A stretch of 64,000 bases of DNA from Rebecca billardiae RCC1528. Its lineage: Eukaryota; Protista; Haptophyta. The position numbers and the translations under genes are program-made. Under the pieces are notes generated by a model. The model did not search any database. It saw nothing but the letters and a program-made list of their open reading frames with translations, and had not been told where the DNA came from. The stretch is taken from the NCBI GenBank assembly GCA_965240325.2, contig OZ251251.1, positions 806,001-870,000 of the forward strand, read 5' to 3'. Positions within the stretch are counted from its first letter, which is position 1; every line of letters begins with the position of its first letter. This document shows positions 15,901-26,953 of the stretch, in pieces.

Positions 15901-16843
15901 GGACGGCAGCGCCAACTACGCGCCTGTGCTCGACGCGGCGCCCGCGCAGTCCGACGCCCATCGCTTCTTCCTCGGCAGCGGGCACCCGAGCGCACCGCGC
16001 GCGCGCTTCGTCTCGCGTGACGGCGCCGGCGCCCACCTGGGTGCGCTCTCGGGCACGGCCAGCGGGCCGAACACCTGGCCGGCGGGCGAGTGGTTCCACA
16101 CGGCGGTGGGTGTGGCCGCGGCCGGCGCGCAGCTGTACCACAACGGCGCGCCCAACGCGGCGAGCGCCGCCGACCTGCGGCCGCACGACGTGCCGCGCGC
16201 CTTTGTGCACGCGGGCAAGTCGCTCACGGGCAGCAGCGCGCTCGCTGGCGCCGTGCAGGACCTGCGCCTCTACTCGGCCGCGCTGCACCGCACGCGCGTG
16301 GCCGCGGCCGCGGCGGGCATCGACGCCGCGGGCTGCGTGCCCGCGCTCGTCGCGCTCGGTGGCACGGACGGCGCGGCTGACGACGCCGAGCCGAGCGACC
16401 CGGCCTTTGGCGGCGGCGGGAGCACGGCCACGCTCAGCGAGGAGGGCGCCATGCGCAGCGACGTCGTGCTCGCGATCGCGCTGGTCGCCGCGGTCATCTG
16501 CGCGTGCGCGCTGCTCGCGGGCGCGCGCGCGGCGTGGCTCTTCGCGAGCGCCCGCGGGTTTGACCGCAAGCGCATGGCCACGGCGCTGGCCTCCGTGCTC
16601 GCGCGCCGGCCGACGCGCACCGTGGGCGACGAGGACGTGCCCGTGGTGCCACGCCGCACCTCACGCGTAGTCCGCTCGGCCGCGCCGGGGACGGGCCTGC
16701 CGGTGGCACCGTCGGCGTCGCCGACGGCTGCTGCGCGGCCTGCCGCGCGCGAGCAAGGCGGCCGCAGCGTGTGGGCGGCTGCGCTGGGCACCGAGGCGGC
16801 CGCGCGCTTCGCGGCTGCGGTCGGCGGCCAGCGGCGCAGCTGA
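12968..16843 (+). CDS. Type I membrane/surface protein: signal peptide, three Cys-rich repeats separated by Pro-rich (SPPP) linkers, two LamG/concanavalin-A-like domains, TM helix
   Basis: MRAPAWLQLGVLALGAASGA; repeats C.DV.YTL...DG..L....C...C...C...DV....LH.GAL...L.A.GV..R.....C....C.......CTGAP; ELSVMAWVW...GEWFHTAV...LFHNGA...GALQDVRIYSEA (x2); VVLAIALVAAVICACALLAGA. Confidence 0.85.
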   Translation: MRAPAWLQLGVLALGAASGASTIPPSSTVTLSPPLAVPPSPPPSPPPAPPPPPAPPLPPPPLCSDVAYTLTVRTNSRWYNLKTHVFVDGEQLTESQPCDSGSNRCAWRTCFTGRDVSAHALHDGALHVRVEDRFVATISWYCSSLRVQLTLLADGVAIREQLLDCPSPPCTVQAGWSDLCTGAPFPPPLPPSQPPPLPPAPPPFPPPSPPPPLSPPRAPPPAPPPGCADVVYTLTLQLRTRRQGKQTTIYLDGQKLKGCRMGWRCKPYSFTTCLNRYDVTERVLHTGALSWRVAGKPYASYAASCYQEIEALVRLYANGVLERQSELKCNRQTCEVGEAWAGMCTGAPTPPPAPPSLPPPPPSPPPPPSPPPPSCAHVGYALDVRLRSISQRKEALLFADGVQLVEYGACSKAGDPCGYSWCVRGHDVGAHLLHDGALDWRLEGFPGSGATGTCWQLEAQVQLYADGVLKREQTKSCNTPSCALSGTFSGLCTGAPTPPPAPPAPPPSPPSPPAPPPAPPAPPSPPPSPPPPPAPPPSPPPPSMPPPPPSAPPPPSPPLSPPPSPPPSPPPSPPPSPPPSPPPSPPPSPPPSPPPSPPPSPPPSPPPSPPPPSPPPPACQSALHAWPLSAEAGFADTVGAAPTPPEQPVRIGPLQDQVALLGAAPSATFGGGASLPDGSARELAVSGFGQFGGSAAAGHGRLRWISLGERPPRGADPTARVELSVMAWVWADPSDDPRPLTRVLDAGTAPGNVHKVVLAKHAQYSRTMHYQAFDGGGALLGGTLFGSVGTFPLGEWFHTAVSVGSASATLFHNGAANRLRAQDMRPYDVGRPVFIGRAISSQPRALHGALQDVRIYSEAVSAAHVAAVAAGFHAEPCAGCAALLHRWPLLSDLTDAHGGAQPAHAEVALEGADVDAAPLRELLAGAALGGLNVSRHGALRYPPGASSLDYVQLGALPARGDEPSARIELTLMAWVWVPDGSANYAPVLDAAPAQSDAHRFFLGSGHPSAPRARFVSRDGAGAHLGALSGTASGPNTWPAGEWFHTAVGVAAAGAQLYHNGAPNAASAADLRPHDVPRAFVHAGKSLTGSSALAGAVQDLRLYSAALHRTRVAAAAAGIDAAGCVPALVALGGTDGAADDAEPSDPAFGGGGSTATLSEEGAMRSDVVLAIALVAAVICACALLAGARAAWLFASARGFDRKRMATALASVLARRPTRTVGDEDVPVVPRRTSRVVRSAAPGTGLPVAPSASPTAAARPAAREQGGRSVWAAALGTEAAARFAAAVGGQRRS

Positions 16844-17044
16844 GCGTTGACGTTGACTGCGCGCAGAGATGACTACGACTGTGACTGTCGACGCCTGTGA
16901 ATCTGCACACAGTCTACGCGTATGTAGTCATAGCTGTTCATCATCACAGCACTACATTGACTGTCATCCGCTGCGACCCAAACGAACGGTCATGGCCGCG
17001 GCGCCGCCGCGTCGGCGGGAAGGCGACAGGTCCCAGAGCGAAGC

Positions 17045-17678
17045 ATGGCAGCGGCGGACGGCGGCGGCTCGAGCGACGGCGGCACACCGGCGCGGCGGCA
17101 CATCAGCGGGCTGTGGCTGGGCAGCGCGGTGCCGGGGCCCGAGTTCGCGCACGAGGTCGCGACCAACCCGATCCAGTGGTCCCTCACCCTCCTCGAGCGC
17201 GCGCCCGGTGCGCGCGCGGCGCGCCGCGAGCAGACTGCAGCGCGCGCGGTGCGCGTGCGCCCCGCGCGCGCACTGAGCGCGAGACCTCCCCGACGCGGCG
17301 CGGCGTGTGGGTGCAGACAGCTCGGCGAACACGCCGACCCTCTTCGGCGCCGGCTTCTTCGACGACGCGGGCGACGTACCCGGCTCGCCCCTGCTCTACT
17401 ACACACTCAGAGGGCAGTGGGACCCGCTCATCAACGCGGTCCGGTTCACGAAGCATTACGAGTCGAGCAAGGTGCCCGCCGAGCTCACGGTGGAGTACGT
17501 GGGGCAGCTGCAGCCGCGCGGGCCCGACGGGCAGCCCGTGCTCACCGGCACGTGGACCAACATGTTCGAGGGCACCAGTGGCACCTTTGCCTGCCGCCTC
17601 GAGGAGCAGCGCACGGGCGCGTCACTGTCAGCCGAGCACGCGCACGGCGGCGGCGGCGCGGGCTCGGCGTCCGGCTGA
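17045..17678 (+). CDS. Hypothetical small beta-rich protein, 2 exons (17045-17207, 17317-17678)
   Basis: GT-AG intron 17208-17316 joins ...SLTLLERAP|DSSANTPTLFGAGFFDD...YTLRGQWDP...VRFTKHY...VEYVGQL...LTGTW; strong coding codon bias. Confidence 0.7.
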
Positions 17679-18685
17679 CGTGCGGCGGCGTCGCCTGGTG
17701 GGGGCTGCTGACGGATCGGCGATGCTGCCGTTCCGCGCGCCGCGACGCGGCGCTGCGGCCGACAGCAGCCGCCAATCAGGAATCGTGGCTACAGCCTACG
17801 GGCGTCAGCTCGGGCTGCGACGGGGCTGGAAGTGGTCAGTGGATTGGAGGCGGAAGCGCCTGTGCCGCGGCGACGCGCGTGAGTGCGTACTGCGTGGTGT
17901 CGGCGTGTGACTGTCCGCAACAGGCGCCGACGCCGCGCCGCGCGCGTGATCCACTGGATGGCATTCGATCGCCGCGCGCCCTCTGGATGGTGGATCGGCC
18001 CCGGTCAGCCGGTGGCACTGGCCGGTCCCGGGCTTGGCGGGAATGGCGGGCTTCCGGAGCCTTCCGCCGCCTTCCGCCGGCTCGGCACGGTCATCGCAGC
18101 AGTCTCGTCAGCTACAGGCAGTAGTATATTCAATAAAGTCGTAGCGGATAGCAGCGCAGCGTAGTCTGAAAGCGGGCGACTGTGATGGGCACATCGAACT
18201 CCCGCGCGACGAGCACCAAAAGTGCGCGGGCATGCATCATCAGCGACGGTCACGCTGGCGTCTCGTCACGTAGGTAGTCGTCAGCGACCGCTGCGACCGG
18301 TGACCGCAGTCCGCGGCACTTCAGTCAGTCGCCGATCCCGCGGCGCTTCCACAGAGCCGACAGAGCGCGCTGGCGCCACCGACGAGGCGGCGGGCGTGGC
18401 CACCCGGATGTCCGCAGCGCATTCGCCCGCGAAACTCACGGCGGCGCACAGCTGCGCCGGTAGATGCCATCTCGAGCAGGTGAACCCCCGGCACGCCGTG
18501 CCAGTGTGCGCGTGTGTGCGGACGTGAGCGCGCGGCCGCGTCTGCTGTGGCGGCTGCGCGGTGTGGCTCGGTCCGCGGCACATCGGCGCCTGCTCCTCCT
18601 GCGGGCCGTCCGGCGCACCCGCCGCCCCCCACCACCGCGCGTCGCGCCGCGCCGCGCCCACCTGCCCCGCGTCGGCGCTGCGCGC

Positions 18686-19078
18686 TCAGCCGGCGTGCGG
18701 CTTCTGCACGACGATGAGCGTGTGCTCCTCTCCGCACGTCACGACCACCTCCTCCTTGCGCGTGCGCAGCCGGATCATCTGCAGCTCGGTGCCCGGCTCG
18801 AGGAGCTCCTGCGCGCGCCGGTGCAGCTCGAGCAGCGGCAGCCCGCGGCGCGTCGTCTCCATCTGGTCGAAGGAGGTGCGCACGATCTCGCCGCGCCTGT
18901 TGAGGATCGCCATCCCCACCACGCCCTCCACGCGCTTCACGCGCGCGATGCAGTCGTCGATCACGCCGTCGGGCGTGACCTGGATGTCCTCGCCGATGGA
19001 CGACTCGGCGAACGACTCGCCGAGGTCGCCCGCCTCGAGCTCGAACTCCGCGGCGAGCTCCGCGCCGAGCAGGTCCAT
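18686..19078 (-). CDS. Dynein light chain Roadblock/LC7-family protein
   Basis: IDDCIARVKRVEGVVGMAILNRRGEIVRTSF...ELQMIRLRTRKEEVVVTCGEEHTLIVVQKP matches the Roadblock/LC7 pattern. Confidence 0.88.
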   Translation of the reverse strand: MDLLGAELAAEFELEAGDLGESFAESSIGEDIQVTPDGVIDDCIARVKRVEGVVGMAILNRRGEIVRTSFDQMETTRRGLPLLELHRRAQELLEPGTELQMIRLRTRKEEVVVTCGEEHTLIVVQKPHAG

Positions 19079-19508
19079 CGCGGCGCACCCGCCGCGCCAA
19101 GCCGCCAACGATGGCGGCCCCTAACCACCCTTGCCCTAACGGTCGCTGACTGTGGCGTTTATTTCATCTGATGTCGTTCAATTTTCGCGCGAGCATCGTC
19201 GGATCATTTTTTATTCAGGAAGCCCTCCCGGCTCCCGCATGGCGGCCGGCTTGCCAAGCATTGCCGCGGAGGGTCACCGTGCAACCGGCTCCAAATAGTC
19301 CAATGGCGGGCGACAGTCTCCAGGTCGATTACAACCAGCCACGCACACAGCATGCGCGATGCTAGTGCCAACGCTGTCTCAGTGACGCGGCGGTCGGAAG
19401 CATGCGGGCTGATGCGGCGCTGCGCCGCCGTGCCACGCATGGCGCGGCATCGTCATTCAGAGTCACGGTCGGACCGTGTCACGAGAGTGGCGAGTGCGCC
19501 AGGCGCGC

Positions 19509-20857
19509 TCAGCTGGCGAGGGGGAGCCCCGCGCGAGCGTCGGCACTCGCGCGGCCGTCCAGCTTGGGCCCGCTCGCGCTCTCCGCCGAGGCCGCGCTCT
19601 GCCGAGAGCCGACGGGCGAGTCGGCCCACCGGCCGCCCGGCTCGGCGGCGCGGCGCGTGTTGGTGGCGTCGGCGAGCAGCGCGCGCGCGGGCGGCGACGC
19701 GCGCGAGGGGTGCGAGTGCGCGGAGGGGAGGCGGGGCGGCGGCGAGAGGCGCAGCGAGCGCGGCGGCCTGCGCCGCGCCGAGCGCGCGTGCGCCCACGCC
19801 TCCGCGCCGACCTCGCCTGCGTACTCGTCCGCTCCGACCGCGTCCGCGTCCGCGTCCGCCTCGAACGGCGCGCCCCAGCCTGCGAGCAGCACCGTCGCGT
19901 TGTCGCCCGACCAGGCGCGCGCGCGCGCGCCGCCAAGCTGCGCGGGCGAGCCGGGCGCGCCGGGCGGCGGCGGCTCAGCGCATTCGCGCGCGAGCGCCGC
20001 CGCTGCCCTGCCCAGCCCGCCCGGCGCGGCCGCGAGCGCGCGCGCGGTGCGCAGCGCGCGCCCTGCGCCCATCGCGTCACTGAGCCCGTCGGAGCCGAGC
20101 AGCAGCAGCACGCTGCCGCCGGGCGGCGGCGGCGGCGCGGCGGCGCTCGCGCGGCGCGGCGGCGGCGGCAGCGGCAGCGTGCGCACGGAGGGCACCGCGC
20201 TCAGCGCCTCCAGCGCCGCGTGCGCCTGCCGGCCCTTGAAGCACCCGTCGCCGAGCGCGCGCGACACGCCCAGCACGCCGAGCAGCCGCCCGCCCGCGCA
20301 CACCGCGCCGCCCGCGGCCTCGATGCGCGCGCGCTCGAGGGGCTCGCTCGGGAGGTGCGGCGCGATCAGCAGCCGCGCGACCCCCTCGCCTGAGTCCGGG
20401 CCCGAGTCCGGGCGGGCGCGCGGCTCGGGGCTGAAGGGCGTGTACGCGTGTGCGTGTGTGTACGCGTGTGCGTGCGCGCACTCCGCCTCTGCCCGCGGCT
20501 GCTGCTGCCGCGCGCCTGCCGCCGCCACGCCCTGCGCGCCGGGCTGCGACGCCTGCTGCGACGGCCCCTGCCACACCGCGACGACGCAGTCCCCGGCGGA
20601 GCCCACCACCAGAAGCCGAAGCGCGCGGCGCCGCGGCACCCGCGCCGCGGGGGGCGACGCTTGGGGCTCTGCGCTGCTGCAGGCGCGCGCGGCGAGGGCG
20701 GCCGCGGCCTGGTCCCCCGCCTCTGAGCTGAGGGTGTGCTCGGCGCCGCCGCTGCTGCTGCTGCTGCTGTGGCTGCGGTCGCCGCCGCCGCTGCTGCCAC
20801 CGCCGCTCCCGCGCGACCGTGCGCCACTGCGCGCCGCGCTGCCGTGCGCACCCTCGC

Positions 20858-20900
<43 letters not shown>

Positions 20901-21922
20901 GCCGCCACCGTCGTCGTCGTCGACCACGAGCTCGCACAGCAGCGCGATGGCGAGCGTCGCGCCCGAGTCGAGAGCGAGCCGCGCCGGCAGCGGCCGCGCC
21001 TCGCGCGCGCGCAGCTTGCGCGCGGAGCTGGGCGCACGCGGCTCGGCCGCGCCGCCGGCCTGCTGTGCCAGTCCCGCCGCCGCCGCCGCCTGGCCGGTGC
21101 CGGTGCCGGGTCCTGGGCTGGGCGGCGGCGCGGTCGGCGGCGTGGGCCCCTGGTGCGGGGGCGTGGGCGGCTGTGCGGGGCCCTCGCCCAGCTCGGCGTC
21201 TAGCAGCGTCGCCATGCGCGCGCTCGCCACGAGCGCCTCGAAATCGGCGGTGCCGTCGTCGGCGGAGGCGGAAGCGGAGGCGGAGGCGGAGCCGCTGCCG
21301 CTGCCACACTCACTGCGGCCGCCGCCGCCGCCGCTCCCACCGGCAGCGGCGTCGAGGCAGCCGCCGAGCGCGCCGCCGAGCGCGCCGCTGGGCGAGGGCT
21401 GGTCGTGCGCCCAGCCCGGCGTGAGGCAGAGCGCGCGCAGCTCCGCGTCGATCGCCGCCGCGGCGAGCGCCTCCGCCGAGTGCGCGCAGCTCGGAGACCC
21501 GTGCAGGTCATCGCCCGGCAGGTCATCGCCCGGCAGCAGCGGGCGGCCCCTCTGGTGCGCATCGCCCGCCCCGCTGCCAGCAACTGCCGGCCTGAGGGCG
21601 GCTGCGGCTGCGGCTGCGGCTGACGCGGCGGGCTGGGGCGAGCGGGTGCCGCCGGCGCGGCGGTGCGGCGGCGTGGCGGCGGCGGCCATCGTGATCATCG
21701 CCTGCATCTCCGCAACCTCCGCCGCCGTGCTCGCGACGGGGGTCGCCAGGGCGCGCACGGCGGCGCCACCCTCGCCGCCGCCGCCACCGTGGGTGGGCGT
21801 CTCGACGGCAGGCGGCGGCGCGGAGGGCGGCACAGGCGAGCACGCGAGCGGCGGCGGCCACCAGCCGCCCTCACCGCCCTCCGCGGCGCCCGCCTCGCCC
21901 GTCCTCGCACCCGCCGCCATCA

Positions 21923-21954
<32 letters not shown>

Positions 21955-23555
21955 TCGGCCGCGCCGCCGTCCCCGCCGGCGCTGGGCGCGCGGCGCAGCG
22001 GCGGCGGCGGCGGCAGCGGCGCCGCGCTGAGCAGCTCGGCGTCGAGCTGGCAGAAGGCGGCGCGGAGGGCGTCCTCCGCGCTCGGCGCGGCGCCCCCGCC
22101 CGCGCCGCCGCCGCCGAGCGCCTCGCGCACCGCGCGCGCCGCGTGCGCGCACGCGTACCGCGCCACGGCGTGCCCCGCGCGCCCGTGGCCGTCTGCCACA
22201 GCCAGCACCGCCGTCACGGCCATGCCGCCGCGCGCGAGCGCGCGCGCGCGCGCCGACTCGGGCTCGGGCGGCGCGCGCGCGGGCGGCGCGGGGGCGAGGC
22301 CGCCGACGCTCGCCCACGCCGAGTGCGCGAGCGGCGCCTCGAGCGCGCCGAGCCACATCGCGTGCGAGTCCTGCTGGCTCGAGCGAGAGCCTTGCTCAGA
22401 GGCAGCGCCTACCGCGCGCCACGCGCCGCCGCCGCCGTCGGCGGCGGCGTCGGCGTCGGCGTCGTCGGCGTCGTCGTCGTCGGCTCCGCCGCTCCGCTCC
22501 GCGGCGGGCGAGCCGGGCGGCGGCGGCGCGGCGGCGCACAGCGCTCGTGCGTCACGCGCGCGCATCGCGCCCGCGCCCACCGCGGCGGCCAGCGCGTCGC
22601 GCGTCGCGCCGAGCGCGGCTAGCAGCTGCGGTGCCGCGGCGGCGCGCTCGGCCGCGGCGGCCGCGGCGCGGCGCAGCGAGCGCGCCGCGGCCGCGGCGAG
22701 CGGCGCGCTCGCGTCGAGCGCGAGTGCGGCGTGCGCGCCGAGCCAGCGCGCGCCAAGCACGCAGATCTCCGCGGCGAGCGCGCGCGCGCGCGCCGTGCGC
22801 GCGTGCGCCGCGCCCGCCGCCGCGAGCGCGGCCGCGCCGCGCTCGGCCGCGGCCGCGCCGAGCGCGCCGGCGGCCTCGCACGCGCCCTCGGCGGCTCGGG
22901 CGAGGTCGGCGGCGAGCGCGAGGAGCGGCGCGAGCGCGCGGCGGGGCGCGTGCTCGGAGACCGCCGCCGAGTCGCGCGCCGCGCTCACCAGCACGCGCGC
23001 GCGGAAGCACAGCTGCGAAGGCGGCGGCGCGTCCGTGGCCGCGGCCGCGAGCGTACCCGCCGCCGCGCCGCCGAGCGCGCGCGCGCCGCGCGCGAGGAGG
23101 CCGAGAAGCGCGGCGAGGCGCGCGGCGGCGGAGCGGCCAAGCACGCGCGCCGCCTCGCCCTCGCGCCCGGCCTCGGCGAGCGCGCGCGCGGCGGGCGGCG
23201 CCGCGGCGAGCGCGGCGGCGCGCGCGCGCGAGCCCGCCGCGCGCGCGGCGCGGCCGAGCAGCGCGAGCAGCAGCCGCAGCCGGTGCGCGAGCTCGGCGGC
23301 GAGGGCGAGAGCGAGCTGCCGCGCGTCGGCCACGGCGACCAGCTCGCGCGCGCCGTGCGGCGCCGCTGCGAGCGCGCGCGCCGCCGCGCTGCCGCCGAGC
23401 GCGCGCGCGGCGCGCGCGAGCAGCGCGGCGCGCGCGCGCGTGTCGGCGAGCAGCGCGCGCGCGAGCAGCGCGGCGTGGGCGGGCAGGCCGTCGCGCTCGA
23501 GCGCGGCGCGGATCAGCGCGAGCGCCGCGCTGAGGCGCGCGTGCGTCTCGTCCAT
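19509..23555 (-). CDS. PP2C (PPM-type) protein phosphatase with very large low-complexity insertions and an N-terminal helical region
   Basis: Ordered PP2C motifs QGSRSSQQDSH, AVADGHG, RAAFCQLD, SGATLAI, GSAGDC, HLPSEPLERARIEAAGG, LGVSRALGD, LLGSDGLSD, DNATVLL. Confidence 0.88.
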
Positions 23556-23765
23556 GTCGCTCGCGCCGGCGGCTGCGTGCGTTGCGGGCGACCTCGCGGT
23601 GGCCCCTGCCGTTGGCGCGGGCCGATTCAAACCTCAACGCGAAAGTTCATCGATCGCCCGGACCGCTCATGCACAGGCCGGATGCACAGGCCTGCCCGAC
23701 TCGTTTGACTGTTTGAAACCGACGAAACTGGACCGCTTGCAAGAAATCACGGCCGCCGATTCAGC

Positions 23766-24428
23766 ATGCCGTGGTGGCTCGCGCTCGCGTGGTTCGCGGG
23801 CGGGCTGGCGGCGGGCGCGGCGCTGCAGCCCGCGGCGGAGTGGGCGATCTCGGCGTGGCGCGGTGCGCAGCTGCGCGCGCTCATGCGCGAGCACACGCAG
23901 CGCCGCCGCGAGGCCGTCGTCCGCTTCAAATCGCTTCGGTCGACCGTGGGGGACGACCACGCATACGCGGCCGCGGTCGACGGCCAGCTGCGCGCGCTCG
24001 AGGAGGCGCTGCACGTCGCGCAGGTGGCGGTGCCGCCGGAGGTGCCGACGGACCCGGCCGCGCTCCACGAGCCGCTCCTCCCCGCCGCGAAGGCCGCCGC
24101 GCTCCGCGCCGCGCTCAAGCACGACCCGGTGGCGCGCCAGCTTGATCAGATGCTGGCACACCGCTGCGAGCACGTCGTGCGGCTGGCGGTGGCGAAGGGG
24201 CGGCAGTCGAGCGGGAACGCGGCGAACGTCGCCGCGGCGCGCGCCGCCGCCGCCGACGGCGCGATCAAGCCCTCGCCCACGCCCTCCGCCGGCTGCTGCA
24301 ACGTGCCACTCGCGTCGGCCGACTCGGCGGCGGCGACGGCGGCGGCGGGCGGCGCGCGCGCCGGCGGCGGCGCGGGCGAGGCTCGGTGCGCGGCGGCGGA
24401 GCAGGAGCTCGTCGACTCGCGCGTGTGA
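23766..24428 (+). CDS. Hypothetical protein with N-terminal hydrophobic/signal segment; divergent from PP2C
   Basis: MPWWLALAWFAGGLAAGAAL...; coding-like codon use; starts ~210 bp from the PP2C ATG on the opposite strand. Confidence 0.6.
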   Translation: MPWWLALAWFAGGLAAGAALQPAAEWAISAWRGAQLRALMREHTQRRREAVVRFKSLRSTVGDDHAYAAAVDGQLRALEEALHVAQVAVPPEVPTDPAALHEPLLPAAKAAALRAALKHDPVARQLDQMLAHRCEHVVRLAVAKGRQSSGNAANVAAARAAAADGAIKPSPTPSAGCCNVPLASADSAAATAAAGGARAGGGAGEARCAAAEQELVDSRV

Positions 24429-24936
24429 CGCCGGGCTGGCGTCTCGGCGCCGCGAGCCCGCGCGGAGCGCGCGCGCAGCCGCCCAGCCCGCGCCGCGGCC
24501 GGCCGGCGCAGCGCGGCCGGTCCAGCGGCGCCTGCCGAGTCCGGTCTCGCTCTCAGCACGGTCACTGTCAGTTGTCAAGTGCCGGTCAGGCAGCTGGCTG
24601 CGCTCAGCGGCACTCAGCGCGTGGCCTTCTGCGCGTGCGGCAGGCAGCAGCCACCGCGGCCACCTCACGGAGGGTGGCGGTGACGAAGCACGGCGGGGCT
24701 GAGTCCTCGCCGCTTCGTATCAGTATCACACGAATCACCGTGACGAAATATGAGTTCACTGACGAAGAATACTGCTGCTGCCACGCTGGAAAAACCAAAA
24801 TGCAAAAAAGTGAAAAACGCACAACCCGCCAACCGTGCTGCCCTGCTTGGGAGGGCGCCGCGACGTCGCCAACGAGCAGGCCACACGGCCCACACGGCCG
24901 GGGCGGGACGCGTGGACTGTCGTCGTCGTCTCTGCG

Positions 24937-26374
24937 ATGGCGGACGCGGCACAGCCGCCGCCCGCGAACGGCAAGAAGCGGCGGCGGCGGAAGGGCGCGG
25001 GCGGCGGCGCGGACGACGCCGAGCCGCTCCCCCCCGCCGAACGCGCCCGCCGCGCCGAGCAGCGCGCCAAGCGCGACGCCGCGCTCGCCGCGCGCGCCGC
25101 GGGTGCCGAGTACGTGAGTGCCAAGAAGCGCAAGCAGCGCGAGCGGCGCGCCAGCCGCTCCAAGGTGGTGCTGCCGCCGGGCGCGGCGGGGGCGGGCGGG
25201 AGAGGGGCTGGTGTGGGGGGGCGGGGCCGCGCCGACGAGCGCGGCGCGGACAAGAAGCGCATGCGCGCGCACGGCGGCGGCGGCGGCGGCGCGGCGGGCG
25301 GCGGCCCGGGCCGCGGCGGACCCTCCGGCGGCGGCGGCGGCAAGGAGCCGGAGCTCGTGGTGATCCCGATCTACTGGAAGGCGCAGAAGGAGTCGAAGAC
25401 GCGCGTGCTCACCGCGTGCACCGCCGTCCACGCCTCGCTCGTCGCCGCGGGCGTGCGCTGCGTCGCTGATCTCTCGTACGACCGCACGCCCGGCCAGAAG
25501 TTTGCGCACTGGGAGCACAGGGGGGTGCGCGCACGCGCGGCCGCGCGCGCCGGGAGCGCAGGGGGGGGCGCGGGGCTGCGCCGGGCTGGGCTGGGCTAGG
25601 CGGCGCACCGGCTGTGCGTGCACTGCGCTTCCACTGTGTGTGCGTACACTGTGTCGCCCACCGCCGCCCACCGCCCTCCGCCCGCGTGCGCGTGTGCCCG
25701 CGCGCGTGCAGGTGCTGAGCCGCGTCGAGATCGGCCCCGCCGAGGCGGAGGAGGGCACGTGCGTGCTCGCGCACACGCCCACCGCCGGCGTGCCCGCGCG
25801 GCGCAGGGGCGGCGTGCGCACGCGCGAGGCGGAGCTGGTCCCGCTGGTGAGGCAGCTGCTCGGGAGCGCGCTGCACGGCGGCCAGGCTGAGGGGGCGGCG
25901 GGGGCGGGCGGCGGCGGTGGCGGCGCGTTCTTCGAGACGATGGCGCCGTACACTGGGCCGCTCGGCCCGAGCTCGCAGCCCGCGCGGCAGGGCGGCGGCG
26001 CGGCCAAGCGCAAGGCGGCGGCGGAGGGCGCGGTGCCGCCGCCCGTGCGCGTGGCGCGCGCCGCGCCGGGCGGCGGCGGCGACGACCTTGACGATGACGG
26101 CGGCGGCGAGGGCGATGGCGGCGGCGTGTCCAAGCCGGCGGCTGCCGCGGCCCCACGCGGTGGCGCGGCCGGCGGGCCCAAGCCGCCCGCCGGCGGCCCG
26201 GACCCGGACTCCGAGTCCGGTGGCTCGGACGAGGCGGAGCGGCACCATCGGCGCGGCGCGAAGCGGCACGCGCCCGCGCCGCCCGCGCCGCCGGGGGCGG
26301 GCGGGCGCGGCAAGGGCGCGCGCGGGGCGGGGCAGCAGCAGCAGGGTGGGCGGTCGCGTGAGGTGACCTTCTGA
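24937..26374 (+). CDS. Protein with a stand-alone ProRS/HGTP-type anticodon-binding domain and basic low-complexity termini; 2 exons (24937-25524, 25712-26374)
   Basis: LVVIPIY...LVAAGVRCVAD...TPGQKFAHWEHRG|VLSRVEIGPAEAEEGTCVLA matches the eukaryote-type ProRS anticodon-binding pattern (PGxKFxxWExxGVPxRxEIGPxD); intron 25525-25711. Confidence 0.8.
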
Positions 26375-26953
26375 GGCCCTCTGCGCGCAGAGCTCCTGAT
26401 GCTGTGCGCCCCGCGACGACGAGAAGACGCGCTGAGAGCGTGATGCCACTGACACGGCGCATCGCAAGCGCCACTGCCGCTCAGCAGCGCCGGCAGCGCA
26501 GGCTGCATTCCTGCAACGTCGGTCGCGTGCACGTGCGCAGGCGATCTCTTTGAGGGGCGGCATGCGGGCCGCCGCCCGCCGGCCGTCATCAGCACTAGCA
26601 GGATGCGGCGTATAGTGTCGTCAGCTGGCACCGTGACCGGCGCGCATGATCGGATGACGACCGGCGGCGCCCGATGCCGATGCGTCGCAGGCGCCCCAAC
26701 CCTCAGCAGGTGGTCCCTCCGGTGCTGCGCGCTGCACTGTGGACCAAGACGATGATGTCGTCTGATGGCCATGTCGAATGATGACGCCGTAGCTCAGCCT
26801 CAGCTTGAGGTAGCTACGTGAGAGTAGCTACAGGACGTACTGGTGAGCACGGGGCGGCGCCGGCGGCGGCTGGCCGCCATCGCCAACGTCATCATCATTA
26901 TTTTCGTTCGTCGGCGAACTCCAGAAGAGCGCAGCGCCCCGCAGCACGCATCA

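Noticed and set aside
19119-19140. Two CCCTAAC motifs upstream of the LC7 gene as telobox or ITS
   Set aside because: Too short and interrupted to distinguish from chance
19402-24702. 1766-aa plus-strand ORF and similar long shadow ORFs (e.g. 4809-7667 minus, 24604-26772 minus, 60768-63146 minus)
   Set aside because: Antisense or alternate frames of real genes; stop codons are rare at this GC content and the products have no motifs
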